NCBI GenBank assembly: GCA_023898425.1
Contig: CP060222.1
Location: 240,001 to 272,000, forward strand
Source of the DNA: Candidatus Saccharimonadota bacterium
GTDB taxonomy: Bacteria > Patescibacteriota > Patescibacteriia > 2-12-FULL-60-25
Length of the DNA: 32,000 nucleotides
Direction: 5' to 3'
In this document: positions 19,384-29,575 of the stretch, piece after piece
Layout: each line of letters starts with the position of its first letter
Position numbering within the stretch: the stretch's first letter is position 1
Translations under genes and position numbers: made by a program
Notes under the pieces: generated by a model
What the model was told of the DNA's origin: nothing
The model's input: only the letters and a program-made list of their open reading frames with translations
The model's database searches: none

Positions 19384-20101
19384 CCAAGAACCCCAAGACC
19401 ATTGAACTCGCGTTAATCCATAACGCGAGTTTTGGTTCAATAAAATGTGGCGATACATCAAGATAAGCAAAAGCAGGAAGCCAGGTGAATACTGCCATAA
19501 GATATAGCGAGAGACTGTGAATGCGGCCTTTGATCCAATGTTCACGACCGTGTACGAGCCCGATTAGAATAGGCGCCAATAAAACAGCGGCCTGCGTAAA
19601 GATAGATTGTGGAAAAAAGTTTACAATAAATGTCCAGTTCCATAGCGTATAACTCGCAAGCCATAGCCATGGGATATCCCAGGTAAAGTTTAGTGTTTTT
19701 GTTTCGTCTGGTTTGAGTTGAATATTGCGAGTCGAAGGGATAGCAATAAGCAAAAAGAGACCAGCGAGAGCATTAAACCAAAATCCACCATATGCATCGA
19801 TAAGAGAAACTTCTCCGATATTTAGCAGGAGCAATGCGTAACTTACGTTTACAATTGTTTTGTGTTGAAACCAGTTCGTAAAACGAATCAACCATAGCCA
19901 AATCGCACAAAGTAAAATCGTGCAAAGTTTTGCCATCGAAGTCCAGGCAATGTCAGGAATATGCAGCCAATAATCAAAAGCAGAAATCGGTAAGGCTATA
20001 AAGATAACAAGATAGAGCCACTTTGTTTTTTCTACTGCCCAAGAAGCGATGGTAAGCGCGGCAAGAAAGAGGCCAAGTAAGACAAAGAAAAGCGGATTCA
20101 T
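19307..20101 (-). CDS. Hypothetical polytopic membrane protein
   Basis: 264 aa with about 8 TM helices. Its 3' tail overlaps the convergent malic enzyme gene by 77 bp. Confidence 0.6.
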   Translation of the reverse strand: MNPLFFVLLGLFLAALTIASWAVEKTKWLYLVIFIALPISAFDYWLHIPDIAWTSMAKLCTILLCAIWLWLIRFTNWFQHKTIVNVSYALLLLNIGEVSLIDAYGGFWFNALAGLFLLIAIPSTRNIQLKPDETKTLNFTWDIPWLWLASYTLWNWTFIVNFFPQSIFTQAAVLLAPILIGLVHGREHWIKGRIHSLSLYLMAVFTWLPAFAYLDVSPHFIEPKLALWINASSMVLGFLAMLGRFWPQLRANHPQTSSGSRARS

Positions 20102-20155
20102 GCCGTGAGTATAAGGCTGGGGACAGTTCTTGTCATCCTATGGTATGATGAGGTT

Positions 20156-20842
20156 ATGATTGTATTGGAGCGTGTCTCAAAAATGTATCCACGTAACTCC
20201 GTTGGCCTCCAAGAGGTCTCTTTGCATATCAAACCAGGCGAGTTTGTCTCCATTGTAGGTCAAAGCGGTGCTGGTAAAACAACGCTCGCGAAATTATTGA
20301 TGGCAGAAGAGCGGCCTACTGGTGGTAAGATCCTCATCGGCGGCTGGGATATTACGCGTATTCGCTCGCATGAGATTCCACAATTACGTCGACAGATTGG
20401 GGTGATTTTTCAAGACTATAAATTGCTCCCAAAACGTACCGTCTACGAAAATGTCGCTTTTGCTCTTGAGGTTGCTGGAGCACCGTCTAAACATATTAAA
20501 GACATTGTGCCGAGCGTATTACGCATTGTCGGTCTCGACGAAAAAGCGCATCGATATCCAAATCAGCTCTCAGGTGGTGAACAACAACGCATCGTGATTG
20601 CACGTGCACTCGTTCATCGTCCAAAGGTTTTACTTGCTGATGAGCCAACGGGTAATCTCGATACGCTCAATACGCAAGAAATCATGAATTTGCTTGTAAA
20701 GATCAATGCCTTTGGTACAACGGTTGTACTCGTGACGCATAATCGTGAAGTGGTAAATGCGCTTCGTCGTCGCGTGATTACGCTCAAAGATGGGCAAGTT
20801 GCCTCCGATCACGAGCATGGTAAATATACTCTTTCACACTAA
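20156..20842 (+). CDS. ftsE: Cell division ATP-binding protein FtsE
   Basis: The ATG at 20156 is preceded by GAGG. The track's GTG at 20105 adds an implausible leader. Walker A is 'GQSGAGKTT', the signature is 'LSGGEQQR' and Walker B is 'LLADEPTGNLD'. It is followed directly by ftsX. Confidence 0.9.
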   Translation: MIVLERVSKMYPRNSVGLQEVSLHIKPGEFVSIVGQSGAGKTTLAKLLMAEERPTGGKILIGGWDITRIRSHEIPQLRRQIGVIFQDYKLLPKRTVYENVAFALEVAGAPSKHIKDIVPSVLRIVGLDEKAHRYPNQLSGGEQQRIVIARALVHRPKVLLADEPTGNLDTLNTQEIMNLLVKINAFGTTVVLVTHNREVVNALRRRVITLKDGQVASDHEHGKYTLSH

Positions 20843-20865
20843 CCCTTAACGAAACGCCCTTTATT

Positions 20866-21774
20866 ATGCGCATGGCCTGGAGAATTTTCAAAGCATCGTG
20901 GACGCATGTCATCCGCAATCTTTGGATTGGTCTTGCGACGATTATTGTGTTCATGATGGCGTTCTTATCGGTTAATACCTTGCTTGGCGCAAATGCCCTT
21001 GTTGGACGCATGGTCACGCTTCTCGAAGAACGCATCGATGTCACACTAACCTTTCAACCAGATACGCCAGAAGCGGTATTAAACCAAGCGCGTTTTTATA
21101 TCGCCTCACTCCCACAAACGGATAGAGTGAGTATGGTTACGTCAGAAGAGGCGCTGGCTGCCTTTAAAGAGCGAAACAAAAACAATATCAAGATTACGGA
21201 CGCATTAAATGAGCTCGGTACCAACCCTATTGGAGCTCAAATAATCATGAAGGCAAAAAAGCCAGAGGAGTATGCTTTTTACTTGAGGCAGCGAAAAAAT
21301 CCCCAATACGCGAGCTATGTAAAATCCTCATCATACGACGACCATGAAGAGGCGATCGCCAGAATTCAATCCATTGGTCAAAGCGTGCGACTCTTTACGT
21401 CTGCGCTTGTCGCCGTATTTGCGCTTTTTGGCCTGCTAGCGGCGTTTAACGCTGTTCGTGTTGCTATTTATACACATCGAGAAGAAATCGCGATTATGCG
21501 ACTCGTGGGAGCATCATCATCATATATTCGCTTTCCATTTGTTCTTGAGGCGGTTTGGCTCGTTTTATTTGCCGCTGCATTAGCTGCGGGCGTTATGTGG
21601 CTGGGTTTTGATATTATCGAACCACGTCTTCAAGAAGTGTTCGAAGGCGAAACAGGTTTACGAAGTTTCTTTGTTACTCAATGGCCGCTCCTCGTCTTAT
21701 TAGAGGTAGGAGGATTATCATTATTAACCGCGCTCGTGTCATGGATTGCCGTCGGGCGCTATATTCGACGTTAA
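20866..21774 (+). CDS. ftsX: Cell division permease-like protein FtsX
   Basis: 302 aa. It has TM1, a periplasmic domain, and the C-terminal FtsX fold 'IAIMRLVGASSSYIRFPF' with three TM helices. It lies downstream of ftsE. Confidence 0.85.
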   Translation: MRMAWRIFKASWTHVIRNLWIGLATIIVFMMAFLSVNTLLGANALVGRMVTLLEERIDVTLTFQPDTPEAVLNQARFYIASLPQTDRVSMVTSEEALAAFKERNKNNIKITDALNELGTNPIGAQIIMKAKKPEEYAFYLRQRKNPQYASYVKSSSYDDHEEAIARIQSIGQSVRLFTSALVAVFALFGLLAAFNAVRVAIYTHREEIAIMRLVGASSSYIRFPFVLEAVWLVLFAAALAAGVMWLGFDIIEPRLQEVFEGETGLRSFFVTQWPLLVLLEVGGLSLLTALVSWIAVGRYIRR

Positions 21775-21975
21775 TATGAATATCGAAATTTATTGGTAGT
21801 ATCAAAAACCCAGAGCTAGTAACAACTATAGAAAAAATACAGGTATTAGAAGGGGGAACGGTAAATTTCCAAAGACGAGAAAAGCTCTTAAAGACCATTT
21901 ACCTGCCTCAGCACAAGAATTTCTCGAGATAAGCAAGGATGGCAAGATTACCGCAACAGGACGTGAGCCAAATGT

Positions 21976-22401
21976 ATGACCGTATTAATTTTTGGAACTG
22001 ATCAAATTTTTCTAGGAGAATTTACGTTTGAAGACGGCGCTTTGCGCCAGTCTATTTTATCGACCAAAGGTGAAGAAATTTTAGGTCCGTATGTTTCGCG
22101 TTGGATGACGCGTGGTATCCCGATGACACGTGGGTTTGTTGCTGATAAAAAGTCTCATAGCGAAATTTCATATCAAGAGTTTATCCAACCACGTGACCAT
22201 GAAGCGATCATGGCCGCCTATCGTTGGTGGCAAGATCATCAGATGTTTGCGCTTGATCTTGTAGAATCACTTATCCCGTATTGGCAAAGACTTTTGCGTT
22301 TGCCTTTTGAACCACAAGAACGTTTAGCAATAATGCTTGCCATTCGTGCAACGTATCGAGAGTCACTAGAGAAGAGTGGAGTGTTTGTTTTGACGAAGTA
22401 G
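21976..22401 (+). CDS. Hypothetical protein, possibly 3'-disrupted
   Basis: 141-aa ORF. A second coding-looking frame ('...WSVCFDEVERAHSIELDVYEKAKAKATKRPLKQLRTVEKIISAGEGKASEFS*') continues to about 22534. The annotated stop may therefore reflect a frameshift. Confidence 0.4.
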   Translation: MTVLIFGTDQIFLGEFTFEDGALRQSILSTKGEEILGPYVSRWMTRGIPMTRGFVADKKSHSEISYQEFIQPRDHEAIMAAYRWWQDHQMFALDLVESLIPYWQRLLRLPFEPQERLAIMLAIRATYRESLEKSGVFVLTK

Positions 22402-22520
22402 AGCGTGCTCATTCTATTGAATTGGATGTCTACGAAAAAGCCAAAGCAAAAGCGACCAAAAGGCCGCTCAAGCAATTGCGCACGGTTGAAAAAATAATAA
22501 GCGCAGGGGAGGGTAAAGCA

Positions 22521-23114
22521 TCAGAGTTTTCTTAATTCACCATTTTTGAGTGGTGGAAGCTCTTGGTGAAGATGAGCAGGTTTTTGGAGGATACCGGCTT
22601 GCAAGATATGAAGTGGGTCACCGTGAGAGACGAGTATGAAAAAGTACGGCCTTGGTAGCGTTTTTCGAGTTCATCATGGATGAGCGACATAACACGGTGT
22701 AATACCATGGTGGCACTTTCTATGCCGTGATCAGGGTGAGCCGAGCCCGCTTTATCAGCGTCCCATACTTCTTGATAGGATTGTATTGGTTGATCGTTAA
22801 GCTCTCCAAAATCACGTTCGCGTAAGCGATCGTCAAATTGTATCGGATTAATTGCCTTGATTTGTTCTCTTTGACGATCTGAGCTGTTTCTAACAACGTG
22901 TATATGGCGAAGAAAGGATAAGGGTAGAGCGATCAAGAAGATTAGCTATTTGAGCCTCGACAATAGAAGCGAGTACCTGTTCTTTGCCTAAAGAAGTTAG
23001 TCCCAGAGATTCGTGTTGACCTTGCTCAAGATCACTTTGAATGAGTCCAGCGCGATTCGAAACGCTTTCACCGTGACGTAGAGCGAAGTAGGTATTGTGG
23101 AAACGGGTGTTCAT
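22521..23114 (-). pseudogene. Histidine phosphatase (phosphoglycerate mutase-like) family gene with three frameshifts
   Basis: Traced by hand through four frames. The N-terminus 'FALRHGESVSN...LILSSPYTR' shifts to 'LLETAQIVKE'. That shifts to 'QIKAINPIQFDDRLRERDFGEL...EKRYQGR'. The last segment is 'YFFILVSHGDPLHILQAGILQKPAHLHQELPPLKNGELRKL*', with its stop at 22521-22523. Confidence 0.8.
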
Positions 23115-23135
23115 TGCCGAAGGATAGCATAAGAA

Positions 23136-23161
23136 AAATCCCTCGCGTATGCGAGGGATTT
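23136..23161 (-). terminator. Hairpin terminator 3' of the displaced tRNA-Gln fragment; probably the original tRNA-Gln terminator
   Basis: AAATCCCTCGC, loop gtat, then GCGAGGGATTT. This is a perfect 11-bp stem. Confidence 0.6.
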
Positions 23162-23218
23162 TACGTGGCTCAGGACTTGGATTCGAACCAAGATAAACGG
23201 CTTCAAAGGCCGGTGTCC
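23159..23218. repeat. Left direct repeat of the island (attL-like), 60 nt
   Basis: Matches 30297-30357 except 'ctcagga' versus 'ctccggga' (one substitution and a 1-nt deletion). Confidence 0.9.
23166..23218 (-). pseudogene. Truncated tRNA-Gln, 3' portion only (CCA end to the D-stem); the acceptor strand is mutated
   Basis: It carries the same anticodon arm (CTTTGAA loop), T-arm and CCA as the intact tRNA-Gln. The D-loop and 5' acceptor strand are missing, and no complementary 5' strand lies nearby. Confidence 0.85.
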
Positions 23219-23325
23219 AAGTGCCTACTCATAAAAAAAACTTATAGTATTCAAGAGTTGTTTTCAATTTTGACGACAGGGTGTGGTGCCGTTAGACTAG
23301 CGTAGATGATGTCATATCAAATACT

Positions 23326-25332
23326 ATGAATAATCTAAAATCCCTCTTAGAAGAGACTCTAATGCTCGAGCCTTCTTATCTTGATCATGAATCCAAGGAG
23401 TTAAACTATATAAAGATAAAAGATTCTGCTGATAAGATTGATGAGAAACTTATCTCTCTCCTTGCTGATAACAAAGATTTGAAAAACAAATTCTTTACGA
23501 AAATCAAAGATGTTTATGTTTTCAATATTCAAGATTTTAAATTCTTTTTAGATGAAAGTAAGGTTGATAACTCATATACGCAGTACGCAAACAAAATTGG
23601 ACTTGCTGACAAGAGTGGACTGTTGGAAAATGTAAGTGATGTTGTATTAGATTTTCCTTTCAAGGATTGTGTCTTGGAAGGAGGACAAAGCACTGAAGAA
23701 GGTACGGATACTTATTTTGAACGCTCTGAGAAAACTGGAAAATACGAAGAAAAAAACGGAAAAAGAAATGAAATATTTTTCAATCAAGTACTTGCTCACG
23801 ATGAAATAGACAGACTTTTTGATAAAAAGCTCTTGTAAACTGGAAACGATTTACCAAAGACAGCAAGAAAGACGGCGAAGCAGTAAAGGAAATAAAGCGA
23901 GATAAAACAGGTTTAATACAAGAGAATCTGATTATTAAAGGTAACAATCTACTTGCCTACATAGTTTAAAATCTGAATTTGCTGGAAAGATAAAACTTAT
24001 CTACATTGACCCTCCGTATAATCCTCCAAGTAGCAATAATACTTTTTACATACAACAACAATTTCAATCACTCTACTTGGCTTACTTTTATGAAAAAAAA
24101 ATAGAATAGAAGTAGCTCAGGATTTAAACAAATGACGGAGCTATGATTATTGCTATTGATGAAAACGAGCAAGCATATCTAGGAGTATTAATTGATGAAT
24201 GTTTAAAGGATATGAAAATCATTGTGTAACAATTGTTCATAATCCAAGAGGTGTACAAAGGTACTAATTTCTCATATACGAGTGAATACGCCTTATGCTT
24301 CTTCATTTTCCTAAAGGAACAAAAACTATTAAAAATCGTAAGATAGGATGAAGATATTTCTTTTTCTAACTTAAGAAATTGGGGTGGAGAATCTGAGAGG
24401 CATACTGCTAAAAAATTATTTTTTATTCAATCTTAGTAGATAAGTGCACAAAACAAGTTATTGATTTGGAGATGTTTGTAATGACAAGTTTCATCCAAAA
24501 AATAAATGTACATAACGGAGATTTTGTTGAAGTATATCCAGTAGACAAAGAAGGAGTAGAAAGAAAATGGCGATACGCAAGACAAAGCGTTGAAGAAATT
24601 AAAGATTTACTTGCTGTTACAGAAAAAAAGACGGTGTTTATGATATTCAAATTGGAAAAGATTTTGGACAATATAAAAACAGTTTGGATTGATAAGCGAT
24701 ATGACGCAAATGAATATGGTACAAAGCTTGTAAAAAGATTTAGTACCTGAATCAAATTTCAGTTTCCTAAGTCTCTATGGAATGTTTATGACGCAATTTA
24801 TGCGGTTGTCCAAGATGATAAAGAAGCTATAGTTTTAGACTATCACGCTGGCTCAGGTACAACAGGACACGCAGTTTTAAATCTTAACGAAGAGGACAAA
24901 GGAAATAGAAAATTCATTTTGATTGAGCAAATGGATTATATCCAAACAGTCACAGCTCCTAGAATTAAAGAAGTACTAAAAAGAAGTAAATCAAAGGATG
25001 ACTTTATCTACTTTGAGCTTGCAAAATGGAATGAAAAAGCAAAAAAGAAGAAATTCAAAACGCAAAAGATTTACCTGCTCTTGTAAAACTCTTTGATACT
25101 TTATATGAAAAATATTTCCTTAATTACAATGTCAAAATCAAAGACTTCAAAAGAAAAATAATTAAGGAAGAAGAATTTAAAAAACTTACTCTTGCACAGC
25201 AAAAGAAGATGTTTTTGACTATGCTTGATTTGAATCAGATGTATGTAAATGAAAGTGAAATGACTGACAAGAAATATGGAATAAGTACGGAAGACCAGAA
25301 ATTAACAAAAGCTTTTTATAGCAAAAAAATAG
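23326..25332 (+). pseudogene. mod: Type III restriction-modification methyltransferase (Mod, beta-class N6-adenine MTase), multiply frameshifted
   Basis: The N-terminal 170 aa are intact. Continuations in shifted frames read 'KALVNWKRFTKD...ENLIIKGNNLLA' and 'HSLKSEFAGKIKLIYIDPPYN' (DPPY at 24008-24019). They continue with 'NFNHSTWLTFMKKK', 'DGAMIIAIDENEQAYLGVLIDE', 'ENHCVTIVHNPRGVQ' and '...LDYHAGSGTTGHAVLNLNEEDKGNRKFILIEQ'. I traced at least eight frame breaks or stops. Confidence 0.85.
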
Positions 25333-25333
25333 T

Positions 25334-28049
25334 ATGGCAGAACCAAAGAAACTATATGAAGAAATTGGAGAAAAGGCATATAAATTAAGGATTCCTTTTC
25401 CTGAAATTCCTGAATATATATCAGGAAATTTAAAGTATCCATTTTTGATTGGCAAAAGAATGCTTTTGAAAACCTTCTTACTTATGAAGCTATAAAAGAA
25501 ATAGAAAATCCTAACGAACCTACTCACTTGATGTTCAATATGGCAACAGGTACAGGTAAGACACTCGTAATGGCTAGCTGTATTTTGCATTATTACAAGA
25601 AAGGCTACAGAAAGTTTATCTTCTTTGTAAATCAAAAAAACATTATCTACAAGACTGAAAATAACTTTATTGATAGTAATCATAATAAGTATCTCTTTGC
25701 AGATAAAATTGTAATAAATGATGAAACTATTAATATCAAGAAGGTTGAAACTTTTTCAAAGAGTAATGAAGGAATTGAAATAAAACTTACTACAATTCAA
25801 CAGCTTTATAACGATATTCATATTCAAAAAGAAAATCAGGTATTGCTAGACGACTTGACAAAGAAAGATATTGTAATGCTCGCTGACGAAGCTCATCACT
25901 TGAATACAGACACAAAGAAGCTTCAAGGAGAATTAGATTTACATATAGAGCTTAATGACAAGCAAGTGAAGTAGAAATTGAAAAGAAAGGTTGGGAGCAT
26001 ACAGTTATTGAGTTACTTCTGAACAAGAATGGCAAAAAAAAGAAGAAAATAAAATGTACTTCTAGAATTTACTGCTACTATTCCTGAAATTCAAAAAGTA
26101 GTAGATAAATATGCTGATAAAACTATTTATAAATTTGGATTAAAAGAGTTTTTATCTGCTGGATATACCTAAAGAAATTAACCTGCTCTCTTCTACTCTA
26201 GAGAAAAGAGAGCGTATACTACAAGCTCTACTCTTTAGCTGGTATAGACACAAAATCGCTCTTAAAAATGACTTATCAAACTGGAAACCGGTAATTCTTT
26301 TTAGAAGTAAAACTATTGAAGAATCAAAGACTGACTTTGAAGAGTTTTTGGTTATGGTAAAAAATCTTAAAGTAGCTGATTTTGATTTTCTAAAAAATAT
26401 TGAGGATAGATTTACTCAAGGCGAAGACGCATATGAACAAGGTAAATCAAGGGTTTTGGATTTAATAAAGTTTATTAAAAATGAAGGAGTAAATAAGTCT
26501 GAAATAGTTACCTTCTTGAAAGATAACTTTGCAGAGCGAAACTGTATTATTACAAACTCTAAAACAAACAAGGCAAAAACAAAGGAAAATATTGATGAAG
26601 ATACAGACAAGCTTCTAAACAATCTTGAGGATAAAGATAATCAAATACGAGCAATCTTTACGGTTAATAGACTGACTGAGGGTTGGGATGTTTTGAATCT
26701 TTTTGACATTGTACGGCTCTATTCAGGACGAGATGAAAGAGAAGATAGTAAAGGAAATAGAAAAGCAGGAAAGGCTACTGTTTCTGAGATTCAGTTGATT
26801 GGACGAGGTGTACGATATTATCCATTTCAATATAAAGACAAAATAAAGAACAAAAGAAAGTTTGATAATCTGCTAAATAATGAAATGCGAGTACTTGAAG
26901 AGCTTTACTATCATAGTGATTCCGACCATAGATACATTGATGAGCTAAAGCGAGAATTGAAGAAAAAAGGTTTGATTGATGACGGAAGAATTGAAAAGAA
27001 ATTCAATATTAAACGAGATTTTGCAGAAAGTCCGTTCTTTAAGAATGTAAAAATTTGGAAGAATGAGCAGATTGAAAATCCTGAAAGAAAGCAAAAGACT
27101 GTAGATTATTTGAAAGACAATCTAGAGCTTAAATTTGATTTAGAAAGTCTTGGAATCAGAGAGCAGGAAATTGATTTTGATAAAGAAGATTCTGATACAG
27201 AAAGATTAAACATTAATGATGTAAATAAAATAACTATTACTAAGGCAATCAAGGAATTTGAAAAACATATCTTTGATAAAGCGGTAAATATAAAATCAAA
27301 GAAGCAAAGCTCTCTTTTGAGATTTGAATCTTTGCAACAAGAAATTGATATTGAATCAATGGAAGATTTTAGAACAAAGTTAATCGGAGACCTTAAAATT
27401 AAATTAGTAACGGTAAAATCTAGCTTTGATGAAATTACAAACAAAGAAAAACTGGAAATACTCCTGAAAGCTTTGGATATGATATTTGCAGAGCTTAAAC
27501 AACATATTAATCTGCATAAAGGTACAGAATTTGAAGCATACAGTTTGGCTCACTTCTTTAGTGAGGAGGTGCGTAAAAATGTTAAAAGAGATGAACACAG
27601 CCAAAGACTGGAAGATGAATTGAAATATGAAGATTGGTATGTAGTAGACCAGTTTTATGGCACGAGCGAAGAAAAAGGATTGATTGAATTTATTAAAGAT
27701 ACAATTATCAATTTACAAAACAAATACAGAGAAGTGTATCTTTTAAGAAACGAAGAACAGTATAAAATCTTTGACTTTAATACAGGACAAGGTTTTCAGC
27801 CTGACTTTATTCTATTCCTAAAAGATAAAACAAACTTACATTATCAAGTTTTTGTTGAACCTAAAGGAGATAACCTACTACAAAAAAGATGAATGGAAAA
27901 ATCTATTCTTAAAAGAAATTACAGAAAAGTACTCTGAGAAGAATGTGCTTAAGATTGAAAATAAAAAATATAGCTTGATTGGACTACCTTTGTTTAATAA
28001 AAACAATAATAATGAATTTAATGTTGGTTATGACAAGCTCATCAAATAA
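25334..28049 (+). pseudogene. res: Type III restriction enzyme Res subunit (SF2 helicase plus PD-ExK nuclease), multiply frameshifted
   Basis: The ATG lies 1 nt after the mod stop. Helicase motif I is 'MFNMATGTGKT' and motif II is 'LADEAHH'. Later motifs include 'FTVNRLTEGWDV' and 'QLIGRGVRY'. The nuclease motifs are 'PDFILFL' and 'VFVEPKG'. I traced at least five frame breaks (~25447, ~25975, ~26040, ~26170, ~27890), several at A-runs. Confidence 0.85.
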
Positions 28050-28066
28050 CTGATCTTTTTCCAAAG

Positions 28067-29551
28067 CTACAACCCCTTCAACACCTTATAAATCTTCACC
28101 ATCGCTAACGTATCTAACTTACAGTAAGCTAGTAGATCTTGTTTAATTTTCTCCTTTTCAGCCGGAGTCGTATCTTTTGCGATCATTTTTTCCCAACGCT
28201 CGCTCGCTTGATCGCCTTTTGAAATATTCATTTCGGCATAAGAAAGTTCAGGTACAATAACCGGCAAGACTTTTTTGATGCTAGCAGAGCCCTTGAAGGC
28301 AGGATCAACGTAATAACCCTTGCTAAAGATTTCCATCAAATCAAACATCTTGTTATTTATCTCTCTAAAAAAATCTTCGTATTCAGGGTGGAGTTCTGCG
28401 AGTTTTTGATTGCGTTGGGATTCGTAGCTTTTATACCAAGAGATTACCGTACCTTTTGGATCTAGGTCTTGTTTCATTTGCTCGATAAAGGGCTTTGTGA
28501 GGTCTTTGGCTGGTTCGGTGATGATAAACTCTTTATGGGTCAATTCGCCGTCTGCAGTGAGAATATGGAGCGAGTATTGAAAAGGGATTTGTTCATAAGC
28601 GCCAAATCCATCAAAACGTGGGATAGCGCCGGAGTAGCCTTCATAATCAAAAACTGTAGAGGAAAGGTAAGTGTTTCAAGCTCCTCTCGGATCTTTAAGC
28701 GATCGATAATAGCGGAGCCTTTTGATAGGCTTGGTATTGTGCGAGCTTTGCTCCTGTAAGCGCCTCTGGATTATCGATTTGGTCTAAGGAGTAGATCCCT
28801 CGGTCAATCCAATCATAAAAAAGTTTTTTGCTACCACCAATGCGATTGATATTGTGAACAGAATATTCTGGCACGTCAGGGTTAGAATAGCGAAACGTCG
28901 TACATTGGTCATTTGCGCCACGATAGAGGCATTCACAGCCTTTTTTTCTTCTTCCATTGAAAGATAGGTTTTAATGTCTTGCATTTGTTGCTGTACGGAT
29001 GCTTGAGCCTCAACGACCTCTTCTGTGAGATCGGCAAAGACAAAGAGCTCGTCTACATTGAGCTCACCGTGTTTACGATATTCACCATTAAGATGAATAA
29101 CGCTCGCTTTTACGACAGGGAGTCCGCACTTTTCGATAATGGATTTTTGAAAGGCGAGATCGTTCACATAGTGATAGGGGACTTTGCGCTTTACATCATT
29201 TGACGCTTTGACTTCGTAGAGCTCCCAGCCATTTAATACTTGATTGTAACGCAAAATATCTGCACGTAGATAAAAAACATCATCTTGAAAGGTGGCTTGA
29301 AAAAGTGTCTCTGTTTTCTTGTCTAATGCTATTTGTGTATCAGAAATAGCATTTTGACCTGTCGATTCTATTAAGACGCCGTCAGGAAAGAGGATACGCG
29401 CGGCTTCATCAGCGAGGTTTCCTTCGTCAATAATCTTCTGTTCAAATTCAGATATTTCTACACCATCAAAAAGTTCTGGCTTATGCTTTTTGAGCCAAAG
29501 GTTCTTTTTGCAATAGGTATATTCTAGATAGTCTGTTTTAGTGATTTGCAT
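28067..29551 (-). pseudogene. DUF2779 domain protein (N-terminal Cas4-like PD-(D/E)xK nuclease), three frameshifts
   Basis: The N-terminus 'MQITKTDYLEYTYCKKNLWLKKHKPE' and 'RADIL...WELYEVKAS' is followed by a frame shift at an A7 run (~28948). The next segment is 'GCECLYRGANDQCTTFRYSNPDVPEYSVHNINRIGG...'. It shifts again (~28712) into 'IIDRLKIREELETLTFPL' and again (~28655) into 'FDYEGYSGAIPRFDGFGAYEQIPFQYSLHIL...KGL*'. Confidence 0.8.
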
Positions 29552-29575
29552 AAATAATTTTCGGTTCTTTTTATG

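Noticed and set aside
23269-23277. 9-mer 'tgacgacag' shared between the island's left end and the region just upstream of both tRNA-Thr copies (2949-2957, 3787-3795)
   Set aside because: It is too short. A chance 9-mer match in a 32-kb window searched on both strands is not unlikely, and the flanking bases do not align.
23166-23325. Possibility that the tRNA-Gln fragment is part of an intron-containing or split tRNA
   Set aside because: No sequence complementary to its 3' acceptor strand and no D-arm occur in the ~150 nt upstream on the minus strand. The acceptor strand itself carries an indel.
24124-27604. Short ORFs on either strand inside the mod and res pseudogenes (for example 24124-24306(-), 24423-24755(-), 25219-25683(-), 26416-26622(-), 27106-27444(-), 27404-27604(-))
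   Set aside because: These are low-complexity translations of AT-rich DNA, antisense to recognisable Mod and Res homology, so they are not independent genes. 24466-24750(+) is simply one in-frame fragment of mod.
22521-29551. Alternative genetic code (for example UGA or UAG reassignment) as the explanation for the broken genes
   Set aside because: The breaks are changes of reading frame, not in-frame stops. Long intact genes elsewhere terminate normally at TAA, TAG or TGA, for example the TGA stop in the ATGA overlap at 11300-11303.
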